Source of the DNA: an uncultured virus (IMG/VR IMGVR_UViG_3300020500_000003)
Lineage: Duplodnaviria; Heunggongvirae; Uroviricota; Caudoviricetes
Strand: one strand, 5' to 3'
Virus record (IMG/VR): IMGVR_UViG_3300020500_000003
Length of the DNA stretch: 20,000 nucleotides
Positions within the stretch are counted from its first letter, which is position 1, and each line of letters starts with the position of its first letter. Positions 7,567 through 18,700 of the stretch are shown here, piece after piece. A model generated the notes under the pieces. The model was not told the DNA's origin and searched no databases. It worked only from the letters and a program-made list of their open reading frames with translations. The position numbers were made by a program, and so were the translations under genes.

Positions 7567-9765
7567 ATGGGAAGATTTTATCAAACATCAGATGCCAAAT
7601 TTGTAGATGACAAAATGTTTGAAGCACCACATCAATTGATGGCACAGGTACTTCAAAATAAAGATAAGGAAATTGATACAGAAATTACTTCTGCAACTGC
7701 TTATTTGGATAAACTTAAAGCTGATGTATTAACTCAAGATAGTCCTGAATTACAGCAAGAAATAAAAAATTATGAAGCTAAAATTACAGGTATTGTAGAT
7801 AATATAAAATCTAATCCTTTAGAATATAATAAATACAGTTCAGATATAATGCATTTAGGTAGAGATATAAATGCTAATTGGACTACTGGTAAAATTGGAA
7901 CAATGCAACAATATAAAAAAAATGTTGTTGCTGAATATGATAAATTAGATGAATTAGCAAAGAAAGACCCTTCTAAATATGATGCTGCTTACATAGCTGC
8001 TGAAAAAGCTAATATACTTGCTAAATATCAAGGTATTAATTGGAATGCTGATATGAATAAAGCAGGTGCATCACCTGATATTCAAAATGCTTATTATGCT
8101 GCTGATTTTGATGATAAGTTTTTACAACACATGAAAGCAAGTGGTTATTCTGTAGAAAAAGATACAAGAGGAGGAAATGGTTATATTTATAGACATAAAG
8201 AAGGTGGTAAACAATTAACTAAAGAAGAAATAGCTAATGCTATGTATTCTCAATTAACAGCAGATAATGATTATCAACAAGCTGTTGAAAGAAGAAAACA
8301 ATTAGGTATTAGTGGTTATGAAAATGCAGATTTGAGTAAAGCCTATGTTTATGAGAAAAATGAAAAAGGTATTCCTCAATTTAAAGGATTTAATACTGAC
8401 CATTATGGTAAAATGATAAATGCTGCTGCTCAAACTTATTCACATAAAGAAACAGAAGTATCAGATACTATTCATAATGATGAAGGATATTGGAAAACTT
8501 GGGATAGAGCTAATAAATTAGCTGATGATGCTAAAGAAGAAGCTGAAAATGTAAATACAAGTTATGAATCTGTATATCAAGTAGGTACTAACTCTTCATC
8601 TAATTTTCAAAAAACTCTTACTCAAACTAACCAAAATCTTGGTGCTATTCAAGATAATATTAATACTCAAATTAAAAACTTAAAAGTTAAGCCTGGTAGT
8701 GATATGGAAAAACTTATCAAAAAAGGTAATGTTCAAGCTATGGTTGCTGCTGGTATGTCAGAAGCAAGTGCTATAGAATTATCTTCTCAATATAAGTCAG
8801 AATTAACTAAAAAGAATCTATTAAATGCTCAAGCTCAGGGATTTATAGAATATGCTAAAAAGACAGGAAGAAAATTTGATACTACTAAAAATGGTTGGTT
8901 AAATGACCCTAATGCTCAAAAAGCATATAATGAATATTTGACTGTAAATGGCACTAAAGAAAAAAACAATATTAAAGAAAATTTAGTAACTTTAAATGGT
9001 ATAGGTTTAAATAAAAATACAATAACAGAATTGAAAGGTGTTATAGAACAAAGATTTGATGATGTTGCATTTAATATAGACCAAACAGTAAAAGGTTCTC
9101 AATTAAAATTTGAAGATAAAAATGGTAATGAAATAGTTTATGTTGCTGCAAATGATAAAAGAGCAGGTAAAACTGAAAAAGTCAAAGCAGGAATAAAACC
9201 TGCTGTTGAAACAGGTTACTTTGATTTCAAATTAGATAAACCAGCAGAACAATTATATAAAACAAGAATTTATAAAGTTGCTCCTGGAGGTAAATTGTCT
9301 GTATCTCAATTAATTAGTGAAGGTGGTATAGAACAAAGAACTAATAAAGAAGGTAAAAAAATATATATCACAAGACAAAATGGTAAAGAAGTTGGTTTAC
9401 AAGTAGATGAAAAAACAGTTGGTTTAGATATGGCATTGGATAATGCTGGTCAAAGTAATTTAGGTATGAGTGTACAGATTGGAGATTATAGATTACCAGC
9501 ATTGGTTTCTACTAATCAAATCAGTACACCAAGTATAGATAATTTTGTTTCTAAAAATAGACCAGAAATGGAATGGAGAAAAACAATGAATCAGACTAAT
9601 ATTAAAACATTAGGTAGAAGAACTGTACCAGCTATGAATGGAGAATCTTATGAAACAGACCATGGAAAAGCATATATTATTCATAAAGATGGGAGTAGAA
9701 CACAATTACTTAAATCAGAAGAAATAGATAAAGTACATCAAATTATTTATTCTGAACAAAATTAA
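7567..9765 (+). CDS. Putative virion cargo/ejection protein of unknown function, 732 aa
   Basis: ATG 3 nt after the upstream TAA (likely translational coupling). Helical N-terminal half, no cysteines, located between the cargo-1-like gene and the RNAP gene. The ORF is secure; the function is inferred from synteny. Confidence 0.55.
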   Translation: MGRFYQTSDAKFVDDKMFEAPHQLMAQVLQNKDKEIDTEITSATAYLDKLKADVLTQDSPELQQEIKNYEAKITGIVDNIKSNPLEYNKYSSDIMHLGRDINANWTTGKIGTMQQYKKNVVAEYDKLDELAKKDPSKYDAAYIAAEKANILAKYQGINWNADMNKAGASPDIQNAYYAADFDDKFLQHMKASGYSVEKDTRGGNGYIYRHKEGGKQLTKEEIANAMYSQLTADNDYQQAVERRKQLGISGYENADLSKAYVYEKNEKGIPQFKGFNTDHYGKMINAAAQTYSHKETEVSDTIHNDEGYWKTWDRANKLADDAKEEAENVNTSYESVYQVGTNSSSNFQKTLTQTNQNLGAIQDNINTQIKNLKVKPGSDMEKLIKKGNVQAMVAAGMSEASAIELSSQYKSELTKKNLLNAQAQGFIEYAKKTGRKFDTTKNGWLNDPNAQKAYNEYLTVNGTKEKNNIKENLVTLNGIGLNKNTITELKGVIEQRFDDVAFNIDQTVKGSQLKFEDKNGNEIVYVAANDKRAGKTEKVKAGIKPAVETGYFDFKLDKPAEQLYKTRIYKVAPGGKLSVSQLISEGGIEQRTNKEGKKIYITRQNGKEVGLQVDEKTVGLDMALDNAGQSNLGMSVQIGDYRLPALVSTNQISTPSIDNFVSKNRPEMEWRKTMNQTNIKTLGRRTVPAMNGESYETDHGKAYIIHKDGSRTQLLKSEEIDKVHQIIYSEQN

Positions 9766-9768
9766 TCT

Positions 9769-9785
9769 TATATTTGTAAAAAAAT
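9769..9785 (+). promoter_or_regulatory. Candidate Bacteroidota-type promoter -7 element (TATATTTG) overlapping intergenic motif copy 2
   Basis: TATATTTG at 9769-9776 matches TAnnTTTG exactly and continues into ATTTGTAAAAAAAT (9772-9785), 8 nt before ATG 9794. There is no clear -33 TTTG element and no Shine-Dalgarno sequence. Confidence 0.5.
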
Positions 9786-9793
9786 AAATTTAT

Positions 9794-12700
9794 ATGTTAC
9801 CACCTAAAAGAAAGAGTGCAAGTTTAGATTTTTTAAACCAAAGTATAGAAAATAAAAAGAAAACATTTTCTTCACAAGTAGTTAATAATCAGCAAAATAA
9901 TACTGCTAATGTATCACAAGAAGAGCTTACCTCTCAAGATATGAGTTTAGGTAATGTATCTGCTGGTACATTGGATATGATGTATAAATCTTCTACTGAA
10001 AGAGAAACAGAAGATTTTTTCAATTCTAAAGCTAAAAAAGAAGCTGAAAAATTAGCTAAAGCTAAAACTCTTGATGATAATGGTGTTCTTGCTGAATTAA
10101 AAAATAAGGTAGGAGAAGAAAAAGCTATTGAATTTTTAGATATTGATGAAAAAATAAAAGAAAAAAGAAAGAAAAGTATTGATTTCATTGATGATAATGG
10201 AGTTAATATTTTTGCTCCTATTTATAAATTACATGATTATTTTGCTGATGATGAAAATAAATGGGGTAAAACAGCTAAAGAAGAAAAAGAATACAATGAT
10301 TTAATTACATACAGAGATAATAAAATTATGCCTGTAATGAATGAAGTTAAAGAAAGTTTTAAAAATAGATTTAAAGAAATTGAAGAGAAAGCTAAAAAAT
10401 ATAGAGATGCTAAATTAAAAGATGATGCACAAATAGTATATCATAAAGATGGTAGTGTTGGTCCAAAAGCATCTGTTCCAGATAGACTTACTGGTTATCA
10501 AAAAAATACATCAGAAGATAATTATACTCCATATCAAGAAGAGGTAAATTATAATATTGCTAAAAAAAATTATGAAGAAGTAATAGAAACTTTAGAAGAT
10601 TATACTACTGGTAATACAGGATTTTGGTCAGGATTTGGTACACAAAGTAAAGACTTAAAATCATTAGGGTTATATAGTATAGCTAAAGATATTAAGAGTA
10701 TTCCTATTATTGAAAAACAAAATAGGATAATAAATGAAGTAACAAAGAATACAGATAAAAATGGTAATGTAAAAAAAGGTTATGTTCCTTCTGAAACACT
10801 TACTGATAGTGAACAAGCTGTTATAGAATCTATTGCTAAAAAACAAAATATTGAAGCAAGAGATTTAATGCATGATAATAGATTATACAGAACAGGTAAA
10901 GGTGTTGCTACATCTGCTGTTATGATGGAGCAAATGATAGCTACTGCACCAATAGGAGGTCCTATAGAAACTGCTGTGGGTAAATTTGTTGCAAGAGATG
11001 CTATAGGATTAACTCTTAATACTGCTTTACAACAAGGTGGTAAGAAACTTGCTTTAAAAATGATAGGTGGAGAATTAGCAGGAGGAACAGCAAGTTTAGC
11101 TGTACAAGGACTTGTTAATCCTATGACTTATGGTGGTTATGCAAAAGACCAAATTGGTAATGTAGAAATATCACATGATGAAAATGGTAAAGAAATTTAT
11201 CTAACAAGTCAAGCAATCTATAACAAATATAAAAAAGACTTTAGTTTAAAGAATGTTCAAATAGATAGTCAAATAAACAAATTATCTAAAAATAAAACAG
11301 AAGAAAATTTAGCTAAAATAGAAGAATTGCAAGGAATGAAAGATTCTTTAGCTGATGAATTATCTTTAATACAACCACATAGTAAATTTGAATCAGCTTT
11401 GTTTGGTTATTCAGAATATTTAAAAGAAGCATTTGCTGAAAGATTTGTTGGAGAAGCACTTGGACCATTAGGTAAATTAGCTAAATCTGAATCTACTATG
11501 TTAGGTAGAGGTTTAACTAAATTATCTGAAAGTAAGATAGGAAAAGGTTTATCAGTAATAAATGATAAATTTGTAAAGGGTAGAAATGCTATGAATAATT
11601 TAGCATTAGGTAAAATATCTACTCAAGCTATTGCTCATACAGGACAAATGAATATGTTAGATTCATTACCTGGAGAAGTATTAGAAGAAGTATTTACTGC
11701 TTTAGTACCTACTTATGGTCAAGATTATGGTAAACAATTAGAACAATTAAGTGATTCAGAATTTTATGAAGATGTTATAGCTCAAACTCTTATAATGAAT
11801 GGAGCTATGGGTAGTGTTGGTATGGGAATGAGAGCCAACAATTTCAGATTAGATAAAAAAGCAATTAGTAAAATTTATAGAGATATTGATGCTTCTACAA
11901 CAGATGAAGATTTAGCTACTCATATTAATATGAATACCTCTGGTAGTTTATATAGTCCATTGGAATATGATGCTATGATAACTAAATTAAGAGATAATGG
12001 TAAAATTGAACAAGCTAATAAATTAGAAAAAACAAAATTTGAAAGATTAGCTGCTCATGCTATAAGAACAGGAACAATAACTAATTTCCAAGAAACATTG
12101 GATAAAGTGTTATTAAAACCTGATACTGAAATATCTGCTGAAACTAAATTAAATATACAACTTGCTAAAAAGAGAATAGATGAACTAAAACAAGTTTATG
12201 ATGCACATTCAGAGAAACAAAATTTTGGAACAATATTCAATTTAGCTGAAAAAAAATTAGCAAATAAACAAACTATTGAAGAATTAGATAAACATATTGT
12301 TGAAAATAAACAAAATGCTAAAGAAGAGATAGATGCTTTTATAACAAGAGAAGGTATCAAAATAGATTATTCTATTGATACTTTATTAGATAGACAATTT
12401 GAAAATGAAGAAGACCAACAAAAATATAATTCTTTTTTAGACAAATTAGAAAAAGAAAATCTATTAGCTGTAGAAAATCATAAGAATGCTACAATGTTAA
12501 AAGATACTTTGAATAGTAATCAAAGTATATTATTAAAAAATTATAATGACCAAGTTCATCCTCTATATCAAAAGAAAATGGAGGAGAAAAAAGCTATTTT
12601 ACAAGATTATAATTCTATTGTAGAACAAATAAAACAAGAAGGTTCTGAAAATGCAGAATTTAATTATCAAAATGAATTACAAGAAACTCCTGTTTTAATT

Positions 12701-15700
12701 GAAAGTATAGTTGAAAAACTTAAACAAAAAGATATTACTGGAGAAAATAAAGATTTTATTAATGATTTAAAAGAACAAAAATTACAAGAACTTAAAGTAA
12801 AGCAAGAACAAGTTCATAAAGAAAAAATAGCTAAATCTATAAAAGACTTGTTAGCTCAAAGACAAGAGAAAATAGATGCTGGAGAAGTTGTTCCTGAAAA
12901 TGAGCCATATATTACAATTGTAGATGAAGATGCTAAAGAAGAACATACTTCTTCTGTTGCTGGTAATTTACAAACTATGGAAACTGTTTTTTCATTAGAT
13001 GATAATTCCACAACTATAAACAATGACCCTGTATTTATCGCAGATGATTTCAATGATATGATTGGAAATACATCATCTTTTACACCTCAACAGAGTAGTG
13101 TTGCTAAAAAAATTGTATTAGAAGATGTTAATAAAGTTAAAAATCTATTGAATAGAAATATTAGCTTTAGAGAATATATGTCTCATTTAGATGAAATTGT
13201 AAATAACAAAGAACAATTAAAGAAATTATTTGATGGTTATGTAGAAGGTTGGAAACAAAACAATTTTGAAGCAGATGACTATAATCAAGTTTATATGGAT
13301 TTATTTAATCCTTTAGCTTCATTGGGTACTAATGCTTCATTGATGGCTCAAATGTTTGAACAACAAGTTCCTATTGAAGAAGCTAATACATTTGTAGAAT
13401 TAGAAGAAAAAGTAGAAGAAATAAAAAAAGAAGTTGCTCAAAGAGAGGTTACTACTGTTGGTTATGATGAAGAAAATATTCCTATTCAAAAAACAGCAGT
13501 AAATGAAATTGAATCTAAAAGAACTTTGACAATTACTCCTAAATTAGGATTCTCTTCTATTGCTTATGTTGAAGTAATTGAAAATGGTATATTAGTTAGA
13601 AAAACAATAGGTAATGAATTAAATCATAAGTTTGGAGATTTAATTGATTTTAGAGAATTATTACATCCTGATATGCATCCTTCTGGAAGTAAATTAGGAG
13701 TAAAAATTGCTCCTGAATCTTTATGGTCTCAAATTACTGTTTCTGATGGTAGAAATGCACAAGGAGCAGCTCAAACAACTACTTTTGATAAATGGTTATC
13801 TGAAAAAGAAAAACAAAATCCTAATTTCAGAAACACACAAGAATTTATGAATAAAGTTCCTGTGTTCTATACTAATAGTGCAGGTAAAGAATTAGCTTAT
13901 GTTCAAGATACTGATTGGTATAATACATTCAATATAGGTAATCCTTTTGGAGATTCAAGTAATCCTAACTTACCTACTCAAGAATGGATAAATCATATTA
14001 ATGAAGGTAAATTAAATGCTCAAAATTTAAGAAATAGTATAGCTAATGGTTTAACAGAAGTTACAATAAATAAACCTTCTGATGGTATATTTTATGAAAT
14101 ACCTATGACAGAACCAAAAATTACACTAAATGAAGCTAATCCTCAAACAATTGTAACAGTACAAATTGGAGAGGACTTATATATGGGTAATCAAATTTTT
14201 AATGCTGGAAAACTCTTAAATAAAGATAAATCTGGTAATGAAGGAAAATTTGATTTTAATAGTGTAGGTCATACTTGGGAAGTAAGAAGAATAGGTACAA
14301 CATTAAATGATAAAGGAGAAATAGTACCAACATATAGAGCTTATCCTGTAGGAAGAGTTGTTTCTAATGAACAAATAGAAACAGCAAGATTTGCTATGGC
14401 TGCTCATTTAGCTCTTAAAAAAGATGCAAGTTGGACAAGACACTTGAAAGGTACTATATATGAAATGACTTATGAGAAAGCTAAATCTATTCAAAAAGAT
14501 GTGCATACTCAAATGGGTCTTGATATTGAAAATGGAAATGAAATAGTTCAATTTATAAAAACTTATTTTCAAGACAATATTGCTGGAGATAATTTAGGTC
14601 AATACAAAAAAGGTTTGTTTGATGAAAATGTTATGAATAATGTTTCACAGCATACAAATAACAAACTTTTGAATAACAGAAATGTAAAAAGTATAGTTCA
14701 TATTACAAGAGAAGGAGTTACTCCTTTAAATCAAACTTATGACAATTATTTAAAAAATAATTTACTTACTAATATCAAATCTTTTAATATTGATGATACT
14801 GGAAAAAATCCTACTTATGTTACTATGATACAACCAATTATCACAGTAGATTACAAGGAAGTGGAGAAACCAGCAACTAAAAATATTGAAGCAAGACAAG
14901 AAGCTGCTGCTACTGTAGTAGAGCAACTTAAAACATCTGTACCATTCAATTTAGAAAAACATACTGAATTTTTAAATGATTTGGGTATTGACCCTAATGA
15001 TTTTGATGAAAGTAATGATATGATTGCTAATACAGATAAGTTAGCTAACATTTTCAATGTTAGTGGAGATTTATCTATAACTCAAGAAAAAAATGTAAGA
15101 CAGTTTATATATCATAAAATTGGTAATAAAGTAAGTTTTGGTTATAAAAATAAAATATCAAAAGAAGCTATTCAAAATGATATTAAATCAGAATTGAATT
15201 TACATCTTAATAAGATAGAAAAACAAGTATTATCAATGTTATCTGAAATTAAAAATCAAGATAACACTAATGGTGCTTTAAATCATTATATTGAAGCATA
15301 TAATCAAACTTTAAAAAATATTAAAGATATTAAAAATAATTATGAAACAATATATAACAAAGCATTTGCTGATATTCAAAAACAAACTCAACTTACTTTA
15401 AATGAAAAAGAAGAAAGTGATATTGAACAAGATGATGTAGAATTAAGTGTTAAAGATTATAGTAAAGATTCTATTGAAGAATCAGGTAAAGCTAAAGCAT
15501 CTTATAGATTAAGAAGATTTTTATCTGAAATTCCTGTATTTGATAGCAAAGGTGTAGCACAAAAAGGTTATTTAGGTATTCCTTTATATATGTCATTTAA
15601 TGATGTATATAATGAATTAAGTAAAGTTTTAGCTCTTGGTTCAGAAGTTAAATCTGATTACAATACTATCATAGCTAAAATGAAACAAAGTAATAATGCT

Positions 15701-18700
15701 TTTGTAAAAAGTGTTTTAGCTAAATTAGAAAATGCTGACCAACAAATTAAAAACGAATTAGTTTATAATTTTGTCAGACATACTTTGTCTTCTAAATTTG
15801 CCATGTATGAAAACACTAAAAACAATGGTGTATCATTAAAAATCTATAATACTAATGCAAATGAAGCTACAAGAATTATAGCTAAAAATTGGAAGAATGA
15901 AAATAAATCATCAGGTTTATATAACAAAAACCAATCTTTAAATGTACAATATGCTCAATCATTATTAGATGAATTTAATAAATGGGATAGACAAGATTAT
16001 AGAAAAGTTCCTGAAAATGATTTGAGGAAATGGTTATCTAAAATAGGTTATACTTTTGAAGATACCTCTTGGAATCAAATTTATAATGAAGGTATTTTTA
16101 ATGCTGGAAAACAAAATTCTTTCAATGTATTATATAGTCAAAATGCTGGTGGTTTATTTATTCCATTAAAAAATTGGTTAGAAAAAGCAATAGTTAATCC
16201 TGCTGATTTTAGTTTTGATAGTAAAGAAAGTGTATTTAATGATTTAGCTGGTGTTACAAAAGCATTAAGTTTAATAGAAGCAAAATATAACCCAACTCTA
16301 ATAACTCTTTCTTTTAGAGATTCTGGTAAAAACATATCCACTTTAGTTCCTACTAAATATGTAACTGATATGGTTCAGAATCTTAAAAGAAGTATATCAG
16401 AAGATGGAAACAATTTAGTTGATGATTTACTATCATTATCACTATCTGAAAATTCTATAATTTTAGATATGTTGAAAAATGAACCTACTTTTAAAAGTAT
16501 GTTTGAAATTTCACATACTTCTATTACAGCATTTAAAGAAAAAGGAGAACAACCATACAGAGCAAGTATTACTGATTTAAGTGATATTGATTATGATATG
16601 GCTGGTATTACTGGTTTTCAAGATAGAAAGATTGATAAATTACCAAAAGGAACTAAATTTGAAGGTATATCAATGAGAATGGCTAATATGTTATTTCCTA
16701 CTATGTCAGATAAAACTACTGGTATGTATATGACAACTGCTATTTTTGATTTCTTAAAAGATGGTAAAATAGATGGTATGTTTAATTTGACAGAAGAAGG
16801 TGTAGTACAAGGTATTGGACCAACTGTTAAAACTCTATTGTTTAATCAATTGGTGTTACCAGAACTAAAAAGAATAATTAAATTTCATACAGAAGTTAAA
16901 GCAACAAATATTAAAGATTATGATAAAGGAGCAACTCTTTTTCATTTCTTACCTATAATGAATACTTTAAAAGATGAAGATGGTTTAAATATTGTAAATA
17001 AGTTAGCATTAACAGGTATTACAATAGATGAAGCTATTGAAAAATATCAATCTACTTTTGAAGATGCTATTGAAGGTGTAATAAAAAAAGAAGTAGAACA
17101 TAAAAAAGGTATGTGGAGTAATTATTTAGAAGTAAATAAAGAAGGAAATTCATACTCTAAAATGTTTGATAATAATTATTTTAAAGAAGAAGGTAAAAAT
17201 CCTTCAACTGATTATGATTTAGCTGTTTATGATTTTGTATTAAATAATATGATTACTAATTCAGAAGTATTCAAAGTATTTGCTGGAGATATTGCTAATT
17301 ATAGTAAAGATAAATTATACAAAGAAGAAGGTAAATCAGTTAATCCTTTTGATATAAAAGATGATAAAACTTATGTTTCTATTAATAAAGAAATTGGTGT
17401 AAATCTTGGTAAAAGGTTAGCACTACTTATTGCTCCTGGTAGTAAAATTGCTAATTCTTATGGAGAAAAATATAATCAAATATTTCTTGAAGATTCTATA
17501 GATATTAGTGAAAATTCAGAATACTTAATTAAAAATTACTATGGTAAAAAAGGATTAGATGAAGCTCAACCTTTATTAGATAAATATAAAAAAGCTGCTG
17601 AAATATTAAATAAACATGAACAAGGTATTTTAAGTTTAAATTCTGTTAGATATAATGCTATCAATAAAACATTATCTGATATTAGAAAATCTTTAGCTAA
17701 TAAATTTCCAGCTATAGATGCTTACTTTGATATTGAATCTACTGATGCTCAAGAGTATTCAACAGCAACAGAGCATATATCTATTTTACATAGAATAGGT
17801 AGAATTTCTGATGAAGAATTTAAAGTAATAACTAATAAATTATTAACAGAAGGAGAAAAAGGTTATTTAACTAAAGAAGAATTAAAATTAGTATTTCAAC
17901 CAATTAAACCTGTTCACACAGGAACATATACTAATATAAATCAAGATGTTAATAGAGTAGTTTATATTAAATCTTCTGCATTTCCTTTGATACCACAATT
18001 AACTGCTGGTACAAAATTAGATGCTTTAAGATTAAAAATGGAAGAGTTGGAAACTAATACAGGTAGATTCACAAGAGCTTCTTTTCAAACAGCTAACAAA
18101 GTAGGTGCTACAATAAAAACAGTAAAGCCATTTGATACAAATTCATTATCAACTATAAAAAATTATAATGCTGATGATATAAATACTAATATGTTAGTAT
18201 TGAACAGAGATAATTTTAGAATACAACAAGATGTACCTTTTAAATCTGATAAACATCAAGATGATAAAGTTTCTATGGGTACACAGTTTTTTAAATTATT
18301 ATTTGGTGATGGTGTAATTGATAAAGAAGGATTTACTATTGATGGTAAAGAACTTACTGGTAAAGAATTATATCAACATTTTAATAAAGCATTTAGTGAT
18401 ATTGTAGATAGTAAAAAACAAGAATTATTTTTAGATTTAGGTTTAGATACAAATGGTCAAATTAAAAATGAACAAAACTTTGTAAAAAACTTACAAGATT
18501 TATTAATAAAAGAAGCTACTTCAAGAGGTTATAGTGTAAAATCATTAGCAGGATTAAAGATTGAAAAATTAGCTGCTGCTGCTGGATTCTATTATGAATT
18601 TAAAACTCCTTTATGGTTATCTTCTGATAGTAATAGATATGAATCACTATTAAATTCAATTATCACTAACAAAATTATGAAGCATAAAATGCCTGGTAAT

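Noticed and set aside
9681..10452. HKDGS peptide / TCATAAAGATGG shared by the end of the 732-aa gene and the start of the giant ORF
   Set aside because: Only 12 bp and a common beta-turn sequence, with no extended homology.
14195..16112. 19-bp direct repeat ATTTTTAATGCTGGAAAAC (14195-14213 and 16094-16112, both encoding IFNAGK)
   Set aside because: Two in-frame copies in AT-rich, codon-biased sequence with no flanking similarity. Plausibly chance, and not an array or att site I can support.
3522..16341. Six short minus-strand ORFs (3522-3830, 5997-6332, 9934-10188, 12856-13053, 14851-15057, 16138-16341)
   Set aside because: All are antisense shadows of long + strand genes, with S/F/I/L-rich composition expected from reverse-complemented biased codons and no recognisable motifs.
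16583..16597. Second DxDxD string (DIDYD) in the giant ORF
   Set aside because: It lacks the upstream RxP and the flanking G...K context. The GLDYDIDK loop at 19133-19156 fits the catalytic site.
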